Positions 12,881 to 25,390 of a stretch of DNA of 64,000 bases are shown one piece after another. Location of the stretch: assembly GCF_963921235.1 (NCBI RefSeq), contig NC_086126.1, forward strand, positions 16,368,001 through 16,432,000, in the 5' to 3' direction. This DNA is from Mobula hypostoma. Lineage: Eukaryota. The position numbers and the translations under genes were made by a program. The notes under the pieces are model-generated. The model saw nothing but the letters and a program-made list of their open reading frames with translations. It had not been told where the DNA came from and did no database searches. Every line of letters starts with the position of its first letter. The first letter of the stretch is position 1.

Positions 12881-14320
12881 AGAGTCAGGGACATCTCAGA
12901 GCAGATACAGAACAGGGGGACGGTGATCATTCAGCTGGAGATGGTGATTCACGTCAGTACCAATGGACAGGTAGAAAAGGGATAATGTCCCACAGTGAAT
13001 ATAGAGAGGGAAGAAGTTATGGAGCAGAACCTGAAATGTTGTAATCTCCAGTTTACTCCCAGTGCCCTGTGGTACTAGGGATACAAACCGAAAGTGAGAG
13101 CAGATGAATGTGTGGCTAAAGAGCTGATACAGGGGCAGGGTTTCAGGATTACGGAACATTGGAACCTCTTTTGGTGCTGGGGTGACATTTACAAGAGGGA
13201 TGGTTTGCAGTTTCACTGGAGGGCAGTCAGTATCATGAAGTTCATTGCTGCTCCCTATGAGGGTTGAAACGAGATTGACAGGGGGATGTGAAACAGAACA
13301 CCAGTCACTGAATGGAGAGATTGAAGCTAAGTTAGATGCCAGGCACAGCAATATGCAATGATGGATTTTGAGTCAAATCCACATCTGACCTGGAGTTTGT
13401 TTTAGGACCAGTGCAGTGTTTCAGGGCCAGTTTGTTCCAGCGAGAGGGAGGGTCAAGGATGGCAAGTTTCAGGAACCTTGGATGATGAGACAAGAATTTA
13501 ATCAAGGAGGAGGAAGAAGCATAAGTAAGGCTTAGGAAGCTGGAATCAAACAGGGTGTTTGAGGACTATATTTAAAAAACAGGGAAACTCAAGAACATTC
13601 CGAGAGCTGGAAACAGTGATAAAAAATCTCCGGCAAGTAGGATTGAAGATAATCCCATTGCATTCGATACATTCGCTGTGGTGAAAAGGATACCTAGGGC
13701 TGCACTTTGAGAGATCCAACATCAAGGGTGTGTACAGTTAATGGTAGGAAAATTAACAGTGTTGACAAAGAGAAGGATGTTGAGGTTCAGAGACATCGGT
13801 TCCCTAAAACTGGGAGCACAGGTTGACAGGGAGGTAAAGTCGGTGTATGGCATGTTTACCTTCATCAGGCAAGGGATTGAGTTCAAGCACCAGGACATGA
13901 TGTTACAGGTTTATAAAATGCTGGTGAGGCCACATTGAGAGTACAGTGTTCAGTTCTGATCACCTCATTACAGGAAGCATGTGGAGGGTTTGGAGCAGGA
14001 TGTCTGGAGGAGGTGTGCGCTGAGGAGAGGCTCGACATGCTGAAACTTTTTCTTCTGAAGTGGCGTCGGCTCAGGAGAGATTTGATAGAAACCTGTGGAA
14101 TTTTGTGGTCATAGTTGGTGTAAGCAGCCAGTAATATTTTTCACAGAAGGGATGTATTTAAGCTCAGAGGAAGAAAGTGAAGACAACAGATTGATGGAGA
14201 CATGGAATGCACTGTCAGGGGTGGTGGCAGAGAGCGCAGGAGTATTTAAGGAAATCTTAGACAGACACAGGAATATGTAGAGAAGGGCCAAAGGGCCACT
14301 CCTGTACTGTCCTTTGTTCT
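12880..14320 (+). mobile_element. CR1 fragments (ORF1 esterase and RT C-terminus)
   Basis: Similar to 48400-48840; QVYKMLVRPH at 13741..13938. Confidence 0.6.
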
Positions 14321-14380
14321 CTGAACAGCAGATGGCCCCTGGGCATGGATCCGTGCAGGAGACTGGGATATTATATTTAA

Positions 14381-14572
14381 AAGTTAAAGTCTGTCCCGAG
14401 CCTTGTGGCCCATCAGGCCGGTGCTTATGCCGGTTTCTGTGGCGTAAAGCGACTGAGAGTACGAGACTAACCCCCCCCCCGCACCCCATAGGTCGCCAGT
14501 CTATCGCGAGGTTAACCCCCAGCATTTGCCCGTACCCATTTTCAGCTGGGTGGACTGGAGCAGTGTGTGGTT
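14381..14572 (-). mobile_element. 5'-truncated SINE (conserved central domain plus short-repeat tail)
   Basis: Minus strand CCACCCAGCTGAAAATGGGTAC core and a GACTTTAACTT tail. Recalled resemblance to widespread metazoan tRNA-SINE cores, not verified. Confidence 0.5.
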
Positions 14573-14892
14573 ATCCCCAACAGAAAATGGTTGTCGGAGG
14601 GGCAGGACCGGCAACTCAGTTTCACAGTACAAATGCTACAGGTACGATGGAGTGGAGGGAGAGCGACGGAGAGATGTGTTTGACCAGGGAGAACATCTCA
14701 GTGGTACTTAGAGAAGACATCCCTGGGGATTGCCCCATCATGTTGACTGGGACCGCCGCACTGCAATAGGGTTGGTGGAGCAGAATTTATTCTGTGTCCG
14801 GTTTTATCCATCAGTGTTTAGAAGTTCCAACTAGAGTCAGGACAGCACTGAACATCCTTGTCGATCCACCCACCCACTCCCTTTTCTCCCTG

Positions 14893-14950
14893 GCACAAAC
14901 AAAAGTCTGTTCTCAGAGCGACCCACCGCCTCACAGAGGGAGCCGTGTCT
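14893..14950 (+). pseudogene. Orphan H4 3' end (decayed stem-loop and HDE)
   Basis: CACAAACAAAAGTCTGTTCTCAGAGCGACCCACCGCCTCACAGAGGGAGCCGT aligns with 3253-3305. No H4 CDS upstream. Confidence 0.8.
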
Positions 14951-14987
14951 CGGGAGATCTGACCAAACTGACCCCTTCTTTGCAAAT

Positions 14988-15154
14988 AACAGGAATTCTG
15001 CAGATGCTGGAAATTCAAGCAACACACATCAAAGTTGCTGGTGAACGCAGCAGGCCAAGCAGCATCTATAGGAAGAGGCGCAGTCGACGTTTCAGGCCTC
15101 TTCCTATAGATGCTGCTTGGCCTGCTGCGTTCACCAGCAACTTTGATGTGTGTT
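14988..15154. mobile_element. 167-bp fold-back Penelope terminal insertion with 14-bp TSD
   Basis: Perfect 59-bp inverted arms at 15021-15079 and 15096-15154. TSD CCTTCTTTGCAAAT at 14974-14987 and 15155-15168. Confidence 0.92.
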
Positions 15155-15679
15155 CCTTCTTTGCAAATGTTCATTTATACTTCAGAGACCCAGGTGGACG
15201 AGATTTTTAGTAAATACTGTCAGTTCCACAGGGTAAATGTACTTTTCTAGATAAATGTAAAGCTGCAAATATTATTGTTCTGTGAGGCGGTGGGAATTGC
15301 TCATGAAGCGATCGGCAGGCGGTGTTCCCGTCTGCTGTATACCGGAACGGTCCAGGGTCAAACCGCAATGTGAAACCCAGACAACACGGTTTCAGGTCAT
15401 GAAGACCGGAATCGTTCAATGATCGGAGATTAAATTCACCCTCCGGGGGCTGACTCTGGAAGTTCATTTCCCCACCCCGCAAGGGGACAGAGCTCCATTC
15501 AGCCAGCAGAGAGGGGGAATGAGTCAGGGTGAAGCGGACCGCGTACTGTGCAGATTTATACCGGTTTAATTCGCGGAAGAAACACGACGGAAGGAGAGAA
15601 AACGTTACCAGGGATGGCTCCGGTCGGGGCCGTGACAGATACACAGCCCAGATACTCTGAACGGAAATCACCCGCTGCT

Positions 15680-15720
15680 CAGCCCTTCCACAGACACTGT
15701 GAGTGGCTCTGAAAAGAGCC
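15680..15720 (-). terminator. Histone 3' stem-loop and HDE of H2A
   Basis: Minus strand GGCTCT-TTTC-AGAGCC (15720-15705); GGAAGGGCTG (15689-15680). Confidence 0.95.
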
Positions 15721-15750
15721 TTTGGGTAAATAGGTTCAGCTTACGTCGCT

Positions 15751-16392
<642 letters not shown>

Positions 16393-16981
16393 AAAAACCT
16401 ATTGTTCAAACTTAATCTGAAATTAAATCATTGCTGATCTGTTTGACGACTGTGTCTTCGCATTTCCCCGTTACTGAAATCGGACACATTTAATGCAAGT
16501 GCAGTTGATATTGGAGTGTCTGGGAACTCAATTCTCTAGTACTGTATCTTTGAATTCGTAAAAGTGACTCTCAGCTTCTGCCCGGTGCCGGTCATTGTGT
16601 AAACGTTATCAGGTTATGGACAAACGGCTCTTCTGAAACTGTGACCAGCGTCTAGTCTGCAATTTTTTTTTTAAAGTTGTTCTATGAAAGAAACGTGTAG
16701 TCGTTCCGGCCTCGCATTGAAATGAGATTCAGAGAAGTTACTCAACTGTAACTAATAAACTCCTGAACCCACAGCTAAAACAGCAACGGCAGCAATCCTC
16801 CGCTCGACATGTAAACCGGCAGGGACGGACTGATGGGGATGGGGAGGTAACAATTCCGTTTTAGGAATGTTAAACACCGGGATTATACGGGGAAGATGAA
16901 TCGGACATTCCAACCGCTCTTTAGCTCTTGTAAAAGTCACCACACATAAAATATGCGCCATGTATTGTCTAAATACTTGTA

Positions 16982-17022
16982 CAACTCTCTCAGTGAAATC
17001 GTGAGTGGCTCTTAAAAGAGCC
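16982..17022 (-). terminator. Histone 3' stem-loop and HDE of H2B copy 1
   Basis: Minus strand GGCTCT-TTTA-AGAGCC (17022-17007); GAGAGAGTTG downstream. Confidence 0.93.
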
Positions 17023-17053
17023 GTTGTGTTTTCGATCATCGCACTGGGGAGCT

Positions 17054-17428
17054 TTACTTGGAGCTGGTGTACTTGGTCACCGCCTTTGTCCCTTCGGACA
17101 CGGCGTGCTTGGCCAGCTCCCCGGGCAGCAGCAGGCGCACGGCGGTCTGGATCTCCCGTGAGGTGATGGTTGACCGCTTGTTGTAATGGGCCAGGCGGGA
17201 AGCCTCGCCCCCGATGCGCTCGAAGATATCGTTGACGAATGAGTTCATGATGCTCATGGCCTTGGAGGAGATGCCGGTGTCGGGGTGAACCTGCTTCATC
17301 ACTTTGTAGATGTAGATGGAGTAACTCTCCTTCCTCAGCCTCTTGCGCTTCTTCCCTGCCTTGCCCGCTGGTTTGGGCAGAGCTTTCTTGGCGCCCTTCT
17401 TCGGAGCGGGTTTCGCTGTCTCAGGCAT
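17054..17428 (-). CDS. H2B: Histone H2B (copy 1)
   Basis: 124 aa with [14 protein letters not shown] and [21 protein letters not shown]. Confidence 0.99.
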   Translation of the reverse strand: MPETAKPAPKKGAKKALPKPAGKAGKKRKRLRKESYSIYIYKVMKQVHPDTGISSKAMSIMNSFVNDIFERIGGEASRLAHYNKRSTITSREIQTAVRLLLPGELAKHAVSEGTKAVTKYTSSK

Positions 17429-17481
17429 TCCAGCTGACCGCTTCAGAAGCAGAAATCAGTAAAATTGGCTCGGAGCACGAA

Positions 17482-17613
17482 TTAAATAGGCAGCGCCCAG
17501 AGGTGTATGCAAATGAGGGATGGGATGCCTTGGATTCTCAATGGCTATTTGAAGCAACGATTCCTGCAGAAAAATCAGTTGATTGGATAACTGAAGAAAT
17601 TCGTTTAACCAAT
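17482..17613 (-). promoter_or_regulatory. H2B promoter with octamer (H2B box)
   Basis: TATTTAA (17488-17482), CTCATTTGCATAC (17517-17505), CCAAT boxes near 17582 and 17609. Confidence 0.85.
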
Positions 17614-18095
17614 CAGAACTCCGTCTCCACTACCCAGTGTTCGGTTTGGGTAACACGGTGGACAGGGATCTGTCGCTGATCTGGTGAGTTGCCGCTGCCG
17701 GGTAATTCGGCAGGAAGGAAATCTAAAGTACAAAATGGACCAACTACAGCGGCAGTATTCGGCCATCTGGCCCATAGTATCTGCTAGAAAAGCAGATGGA
17801 ATGAGAAAAACACACAGTTGATAATATGAGACTTTTCTGTAATGAAACAGGACAGCAGGAGACCGAAGGTCAAATGGACCAGGTGAAAGATAAATTTACT
17901 GCAGCAGCATCATAAACACATAGTATCCACGATACAGCGCTCACAAGAACTAAACTTGCTGTACAAAATTGTAAAAAGAGAAGAGAACTTGAATCTCAAG
18001 ACAGTCCATTGCAGTGTAAATTGATCAAAGTGGTGCTGTCTTGAGGTGGAGAGGAGCGTTGTTCAGGTTTGTTAAAGTACGTAATGTCTGTACTT

Positions 18096-18340
18096 GTACA
18101 GCGTGAGCGTGTGGGGTTCATTCTGTACCTGTCAGTCTCTGGTACAGTGTGAGAGTGTGGGGTTCATCCTGTACCCGTCAGTCTCCGGTACAGTGTGAGA
18201 GTGTGGGGTTCATCCTGTACCCGTCAGTCTCTGGTACAGTGTGAGAGTGTGGGGTTCATCCTGCACTCGTCAGTCTCTGATACAGTGTGAGAGTGTGGGG
18301 TTCATTCTGTCTCTGTCAGTCTCAAGTACAGTGTGGGAGT
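18096..18340. repeat. 46-bp minisatellite, about 5.3 copies
   Basis: Unit GTACAGTGTGAGAGTGTGGGGTTCATCCTGTACCCGTCAGTCTCTG starting at 18096, 18142, 18188, 18234, 18280 and 18326. Confidence 0.95.
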
Positions 18341-18451
18341 TGATACTTAGCACTGTGTCTCCCAGTCTCTCATGTGTAAGTGTATATAAGTTCTTTCAGA
18401 TTCATCCTCACAATTGAATTCTTTTTAACTTTTTAAACAATATCATACAAT

Positions 18452-18912
18452 GCGATGTGGCCATACATTTGTTGGAGGAACAACACCTTACATTCCATCT
18501 GGGTAGATTCCAACCTGAGGGCATGAACATCGAACTCTCGCATTTCTGGTAATGCCTCCCACTGTCCCCCCCTTCACCATTTCCCATCATCTTGCCCACC
18601 CACCATCTCCCTCTGGTGCTCCTCCCCCCTTTTCTTTCTTCCATGGCCTCCTGTCTCTATCACTAATCAACTTCCCAGCTCTTTACTTCATCCGTCCCCT
18701 TACAGGTTTCACTCACCTTATTTTTCTCACCCCTACCCCACCTTTTAAATCTACTCCTCCCATTTTCTCCTTAAGTCCTGCCGAAGGGTTTTGCCCAAAA
18801 CATTGGCTGTGTTTTTTTTTTCTGTTGATGCTGCCTGACCCGCTGAGTTTGTTCAGTATTTTGTGTGTGTGGCTTGGATTTCCAGCATCTGCAGACTTTC
18901 TCTTGTTTGTGA
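18452..18912 (+). mobile_element. Penelope-like 3' fragment (GIY-YIG end, 3' UTR, decayed hammerhead)
   Basis: Homologous to 40535-41059 (LEEQHL.F.LG..QP.GMNI). Confidence 0.8.
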
Positions 18913-19407
18913 CACAATGCTGTACATTGCTATCTCAGTGATGATGCATCTGGTTACGTTGTACTAATCTGAATGGACTTTGGAGCAGAGCATCTGGAGT
19001 AACAAGCCCAGACCATTCAACCCAACTCTGGTCTTGTGATAAATGTGTAACTTTCCTCGAGTCTCAGTGTGGGAGGGTTTGAATGGTTTGTATCGTGGAG
19101 TGACATTCGAGTTGATGGAATTGAGAGTGATTTTGACTATAGATTTGTAACCAGTGTGTCCACAGTGATCAATGATAGGACCTCTGTCTGATCGGATCAA
19201 AATAGACATGGGCTGATCAGATCGCTGATGACACGAATGTTGGTATAGTTGTGGATGGTGAGGAAAGTTTTCAAACAGACAGAATTCCAACTCATCTATA
19301 TCCACTTCTGTCTGATACACTGAGGGATCTTGACGTGTCTGTCCGTATCATCCTGCAAGTGTCATTGAAAGGAAATAAACTGCTATAAAGATCACAGAGG
19401 GGGAGCA

Positions 19408-20135
19408 GTCAAGTCAAATCAAGTTGCTTTTTATTGTCAATTCGACCATAAACTGCTGGTACAGTACACAGTAAAAACGAAACAGTATTCCTCCAGGACC
19501 ATGGTGCTACATGAAACAACACAAAACTACACTAGACTAAGTGAGAGAACACAAGGCTACACTAGACTATGTAAAACAACACAAAAACTACACTAGACTA
19601 CAGCCCTACACAGAACTACATAAAGAGCACAAAACAGTGCAGGGCAGTACAATCAATAATAAACAAGACAACAGGCACAGTGGAGGACAAATTACAATAT
19701 AATAATAAATGATGTAGATGTCAGTCTAGACTCTGTGTATTAAGGAGTCTGATGGCTTGGGGGAAGAAACTGTTGCCCAGTGAGAGCCCAAATGTGTTGG
19801 TACCTTTTGCCAAATGGCAGGAGGGAGAAGAGTTTGTATGAGAGGTGCGTGGGGTCCTTCACAATGCTGTTGGCTTTACGGGTGCAGCATGTGATGTAAA
19901 TGTGTGAAATGGTGGGAAGAGAGACCCCAATGATCTTCTCAGCTGATCTCACTATCTGTTGCAGGGTCTTGCGATCCAAGACGGTACAATTCCCGAACCA
20001 GGCAGTGATGCAGCTGCTCAGGATGCTGTCGATACCTCCTCTGTGGAATGTGGTGAGGATGGGGGGTGGCAGTTGGGCTTTTCTCGGCCGTTGCAGAAAT
20101 TAGAGACGCTGCTGGGCTTTCTTGGCTACGGAGTG
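19408..20135 (-). mobile_element. Rex1/Babar-type LINE 3' fragment
   Basis: ORF 19740..19979: DRKTLQQIVRSAEKIIG...IVKDPTHLSYKLFSLLP. (TTGAC)-like tail near 19410. Confidence 0.8.
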
Positions 20136-21912
20136 GATTCGGTGGGGGGGGGGGGATGGTGTCAGTGCAGGGTAATGTAACGGGTGGAAAAGTGCATAAT
20201 TAATGACCACTGACATTGAGTTGTGTTTCTCTTTAAGAAGCTGTCTGATGTTACGATGGAAGTACATGAGGTTGTTTTTTAAACTGTGCTTTATGTTTCT
20301 GTGTTTGTAGGATAATTAATGAGTTATGGTTTTCCTGAAACTGAAAATGCCTCATGCCATTTTATTTGTAAAAGCCTTCACACTGCAAGAATACCGCAGT
20401 GTCAGTCTGCACCGAGAAAGCCTGATCACATTCTCTTGAGGTTCAATGGCATTGCTGACTCTGAGTTTACCACCGTCGAATGCCAGCAGGGCCACAATCA
20501 GCAGAAACTCTCACAAAGCAGCTCTGTTTGTATTGTGTGCTTAGTAGGTCTGTGGGAGATACCCAGAATGTGAAGCTGTACTAATGGAGAGAGACACACT
20601 GAGCCAAGTTACAGCTTGATGGGCAGAGAGGAAAACAGAGAATTTGATGTTGTGTCCTTATGCCTGAACTATGCCCAGTTACAGGTGTTGTTCCTCCGGA
20701 CAGTGTTCAGCCTCACTGTAACAGTGTGACATTAGACATCAACATGAAAACTAAAATAATCTCAGCAGAGATGTATTCTCTTTCACCTGTTGATCTTCTT
20801 TGCAAACATTTTACAGGGCAGAAAAGGCAAAGAATTTCTGTCTGAGAATCTCAAATGCAACAGCGTGTCACTTCTGCTGTGTCTGTCAGTTCCCCAGCAT
20901 TTGAATGCTACCAATCACTGAATATGAAGGGGGAGATGGTTGAGAAGACAGCACACCAGAGTCCCAATACATGCACTTGTCCATGGACTGACCTGATAAA
21001 TGGCCATAGAGTTGATACCAGTGAGCTGACGTTCACTACCACTCATTTTGGAAGGGATTCATTAGATCAGGGCACTGCACCTGCAGATACACCAGCAAGT
21101 TCACCACCAGCAAGTTCACCAGGGAGGAAGTTAAAATAAGCTCTATATGGGACTGTTAATGTCAGATTCCACAGATATTGTGGCTGCTCATCAGATCCAG
21201 GACTGAACCCTGGTCACTGAGCATTGAGGGGGTTCATCCCACCATCTTAAAATACACCGGTGTTCAATATTGTGGATCTGTCATAGACAAATAGATCAGT
21301 TCCATTTCAAATCCCGTGTCTCAGGTGCTTCCTCCCTGTCACACCGATAATGAACAGTCGAGAGGCCACTCAGTCCAGCTGGTACCTGCTTGTGTTCCTA
21401 TTGCACACCAGAGCTTTCAAACCCATCCCTGCTGTTCACCACTCACTCACCCTATAATGTTCAGGATGTAACTGGTCACCGGTCTGGGGATGAAGAGGTT
21501 TACCTTGAATTCACTCCATGACTTTCTGTAAACTGCAGAAGATGAATTTACTGGGGTTTTGTCCCAAATATTCCTCATCCCTCACGGCTCTGGACCAAGG
21601 ATGAAGTCTTGTGTGGTTAAAATCTTTCTGCCCTGCTCTATTCATTGTTTTGTGTCATTTTCACTGATTTCGAAGGGCTGTGCCTCACACTGCCGGGCTG
21701 TTGCAATACAACACTCTCCTCTAAAGTACGACAGCAGAATGGTGGAGCAGAAACAAGAGGGGTCAGCACAAATGAGGGCTCTGGGGCTCCAGATGTGATG
21801 GAGGCTCGAGTTTACGTGGAGTAGAAGGAAGGAATCAGACCAGGAGGATGAGGCTACAAGTGAATGTTTAGGAACATTTGGAAACTGATTGACTGAAAAA
21901 AGAGATTTATGT

Positions 21913-22110
21913 TTGCAAAATGCTAGAGGGAGTCAGTGGCCCCAGCAGCATCTATGGAGAGGAATAAATAGTTGATATTATGGGCCAAGACACTTCATCC
22001 TATCTAGACTGTATTTGTCTGCTTAGATGCTGCCTGATCTGCTGAGTTCCCACAGTACTTTGTGTGTGTTACTTTACAGTTTATTCCCAGCATCTGCTGA
22101 ACCTCGAGTT
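21913..22110. mobile_element. Old fold-back Penelope-derived terminal element
   Basis: Degenerate inverted arms CAGCATCTA / TAGATGCTG around a decayed hammerhead segment. Confidence 0.6.
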
Positions 22111-22179
22111 TCATATCTGCATTTCAAAGTGAGTGGGACTTTGACAGTTGTCACACAAAATGCCTGTTGACATTGAGTA

Positions 22180-22715
22180 ATAAACAGGAGAAAATCTGCA
22201 GATGCTGGAAATCCAAGGAACACACACAACATGCTGGAGAAACTCTGCAGGCCAGGCAGCATCTGTGGATAAAAATAAAGCTGACGTTTTGGGCCGAGAT
22301 TCTTCAGCATGACTGGAGAAAAAACAATGAGGAGTAAATTTTAAAGGTGGGGGAGGGCAGAGAGAAACACAAAGTGACAGGTGGAACTGGGAGGGGGAGA
22401 GATGAAGTAAAGAGCTGGGAGGTTGATCGGTGAAAGAGATACAGGGCTGGAGAAGGGGTAATCTGACAGGAGAGAACAGAAGGCCATGGATGAAAGAAAA
22501 GGGGGGAGGAACACCGGAGGGAGGCGATGGGCAGGCAACAAGAGGGAAAGGGGGATTGGGAATGATGAGCCAGGGGAGGCATGACTGGAAGATCAAGAAG
22601 TCGATGTTAATGCCATCAGATTGGAGGCTGCCCAGACAGAATACAAGGTGTTGTTCCTCCTACCCCAGTGTGGCCTCATTGGAACAGTATAGGAGGCCAT
22701 GGATTGACATCTCCA
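22180..22715 (-). mobile_element. Penelope-like 3' fragment
   Basis: Reverse complement is homologous to 40500-41059 (compare ORFs 22593..22817 and 40369..40608). Confidence 0.8.
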
Positions 22716-22779
22716 TTGAGTATATTGTTTGTGGAAGCTTGCTGTGTTCAAGTAGCTGTGGAGTTTCCTGCATAAAATC

Positions 22780-24555
22780 ATTGACTGATTTTGAAACATG
22801 TGGCGTGGAACCAGCACTTGCCCCTCAAATTAATCCAGTATGTTAACAACAGCACGTCACCTCCCTTTTCCAAAATATAATTCAACCACACTATTACCAT
22901 CCATTCCGTAAGTTTACACAAATGGGATGTCAGTGATATTGGTCTATATCTAGGAGGATCCAACAGGAGTTTCCCAGGTTTTAGAATAGACACTACAATT
23001 GCCATTTTCCATGAGGAGGGAAGATGGCCTGAACTCCAATTATAATTCAGAAATGTAATATTATCTCAAGAGAGCTGTTGACCATATGTTTAAACATGCA
23101 ATAACATGTATCATCCTTTCCTGGAGCCGTCTGACCTGTACTATAAATAGCTTTCTTAAATTCACACAAAGAAACTCTACATCACTAATACTATCATTGC
23201 TACAGCTGGTTTCCAGCACATTAAGGTATTCTTGTAAAACCTTATCCCTACATTGTTTAGTCTCTCCACCTATTTTGATTAGGAATTGCAGCAAATGACC
23301 GAGCCAGGACTCAACCGTCTCTCTTTCAGGAACAATTGTATTACCTACTTTAATCAATATTCGGAACCCTATGAATCCCACACCCCCATTTTCTTAGTCA
23401 TTCCCCAAACATCTTCAAGTTTAATAGTCCTTCCAATACTTTCACAATATGACCTCCAGTAAATCTTTTTCACAAGCTTCATTACTTTCCTCACCACGGC
23501 CTGTGACCTGTTACACTTAATATGATCACGCGGAGAGTGATACTTCGTAACTTTCCGAAATGCCACGTTTCTGTCAGTAACTGCCTCTGCACACTCCTCC
23601 ATCCACCATGGTACAGCTTTTCTCCCACTAATGCACTTTTTAAATTGAATCTCTTCCACCACAATTTGATGAATAATGTGACAACGTTTCTTTGCAGAAA
23701 TCCACATCATCCTCACCATTCAGCCCAGACAGACACTCAGCACATAAAACATTCAAACTTCTCCCAATTTGCTTTACCAGAGTTCCACCTCCTAAAAGTG
23801 GCCTCATGCCCCCTATATAAATCCAAACCCAAGCTTATAAACATAGGAAAATGATCACTCCCCAATGCCTCATCTCCCATGACATCCCACGACTCACTCC
23901 AATGTTCAAAACTAAAGTTAAATTTACAGCATTTTCAGAACTATTATGAACATTAAATCTCGTACCTCTCCCACCATAAAGACTAACAGGATATGAAATA
24001 TCTGAAACTCTTCTATAAACAAAACATCACCTGTCTGAGAACAACCCCACAGTGAACTAACGATGTGTTAAAATCCCCACACCATACAACTCTTAGTGAG
24101 CTAGAGCTACATATACTCTCCATCAATCGAAAGCTTTCCACAATGGTTATAATAACACAACCACGAGGAAATCTACAGATGCTGGAATTTCAAGCAACAC
24201 GCATAAAAGTTGCTGGTGAACGCAGCAGGCCAGGCAGCATCTCTAGGAAGAGGTACAGTCGACGTTATAATAATATACCACTTTATTGCCCCTACCTGTA
24301 GAATCAAACGTGTTTTCAAATGCCTCATACATTTCATTTACATCCACAACTTTAAGCCCTCTCCCTCTCTTTAAAAAATCTTGCAACACCACCTCCTCTA
24401 CCAACTAATCTATCACGCTTAATTACAATATAACACTGGAAGGAAGAAGTTAAATGTGGTAACAAATCAGGTTTCCTGATACATATAACATCACATAGAT
24501 TTGATAAATCAGAAATACACTTGAAGTTTTGACCATTAGAAATCAGGCTTCTGGA
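22780..24555 (-). mobile_element. Decayed Nimb/I-clade-like LINE ORF2 (endonuclease to RT start)
   Basis: RSLISNGQNFK..DVICI..RDRLVGRGGGVA (APE); KAVPWWMEECAEAV..YWRSYCESIG; ILKPGK..YRPISLTSHLCKL (RT). Confidence 0.7.
24156..24263 (-). mobile_element. Short Penelope terminal insertion with 10-bp TSD
   Basis: TSD GTTATAATAA at 24146-24155 and 24264-24273. 5' end lies at GTCGAC of the hammerhead cleavage site. Confidence 0.88.
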
Positions 24556-24970
24556 AATCGCCCTTCTGATGCAGGCGGGGCGGGGGGTGCGGAATGTAGT
24601 GGGGCGTTTATGATTGGTGAAACAGTGCCTGATCTGATTGGAAAGAGCAAATATTCCAATCACAGAGCTGCCTTATTCACCAATCAAGAGACATTAACTG
24701 TAGAAGCGCGGAAAATACCGTCTAACCGCCGAAATAAACTGACATTTGCAAAACACCGCCAAAAAAGCCTTTGTTGCTGAAATTAAACCACAACAGGTTT
24801 GTTTGTCGGCTCTTTACCCCCGTTACTGGAGTCCGACACACTTAAACAAAGTGTAGTTAATATTGCGATGGTGTCTGGGACATTAGTTCACCGATATCTT
24901 TCAATTGATAAACGATTGGAATAAAACTGATTCTCAGCTGCTGTTCGCGGTCGGTCATTGTGTAAACTCA
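24556..24970 (-). pseudogene. Orphan H2A promoter, H2A coding sequence lost
   Basis: Collinear with 16190-16605 (same four CCAAT boxes, GTAGAAGCGCGGAAA, CCCCGTTACTG, CGGTCATTGTGTAAAC). TATA position is mutated; no CDS. Confidence 0.85.
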
Positions 24971-25350
24971 AGTCAGTTTAGCAACGGGTCGCCCGTCAGA
25001 AAGTGGAGCTTTAACAAATACTCTGAACGACCTGTGACAGTGTTCAGCTCTCGCGTGGAATGGGGTTAAGAGAAGTAACCAAAATGGGACAAAGCTTAAT
25101 GAACCCACGGTAATTAAACCAGAAACAACAACTAGCGTCCACGTTAGAGAAATCTGATGACCGAGAGGAAGCGACGGGGAAAGGGGTGTGTAATGATTCC
25201 GTGTCCGTGCAGTAGGCAGGAATTAACAGAGAAATCGGGATTATAGTGAGCAGCGGACAGCAAGTTCTGATTAACGGGGATACGATTCTGAATGAGCATT
25301 TCAACAAAAAAATTCCAAATTTACCCGAATTCCATGTCTCAACATCCTGT

Positions 25351-25390
25351 AGCTCTTTTAATGAAACCGTGAGTGGCTCTTAAAAGAGCC
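25351..25390 (-). terminator. Histone 3' stem-loop and HDE of H2B copy 2
   Basis: Minus strand GGCTCT-TTTA-AGAGCC (25390-25375); AAAAGAGCT (25359-25351). Confidence 0.95.

Noticed and set aside
18096-18340. CRISPR-like array
   Set aside because: Head-to-tail units with no unique spacers, no cas genes, eukaryotic context.
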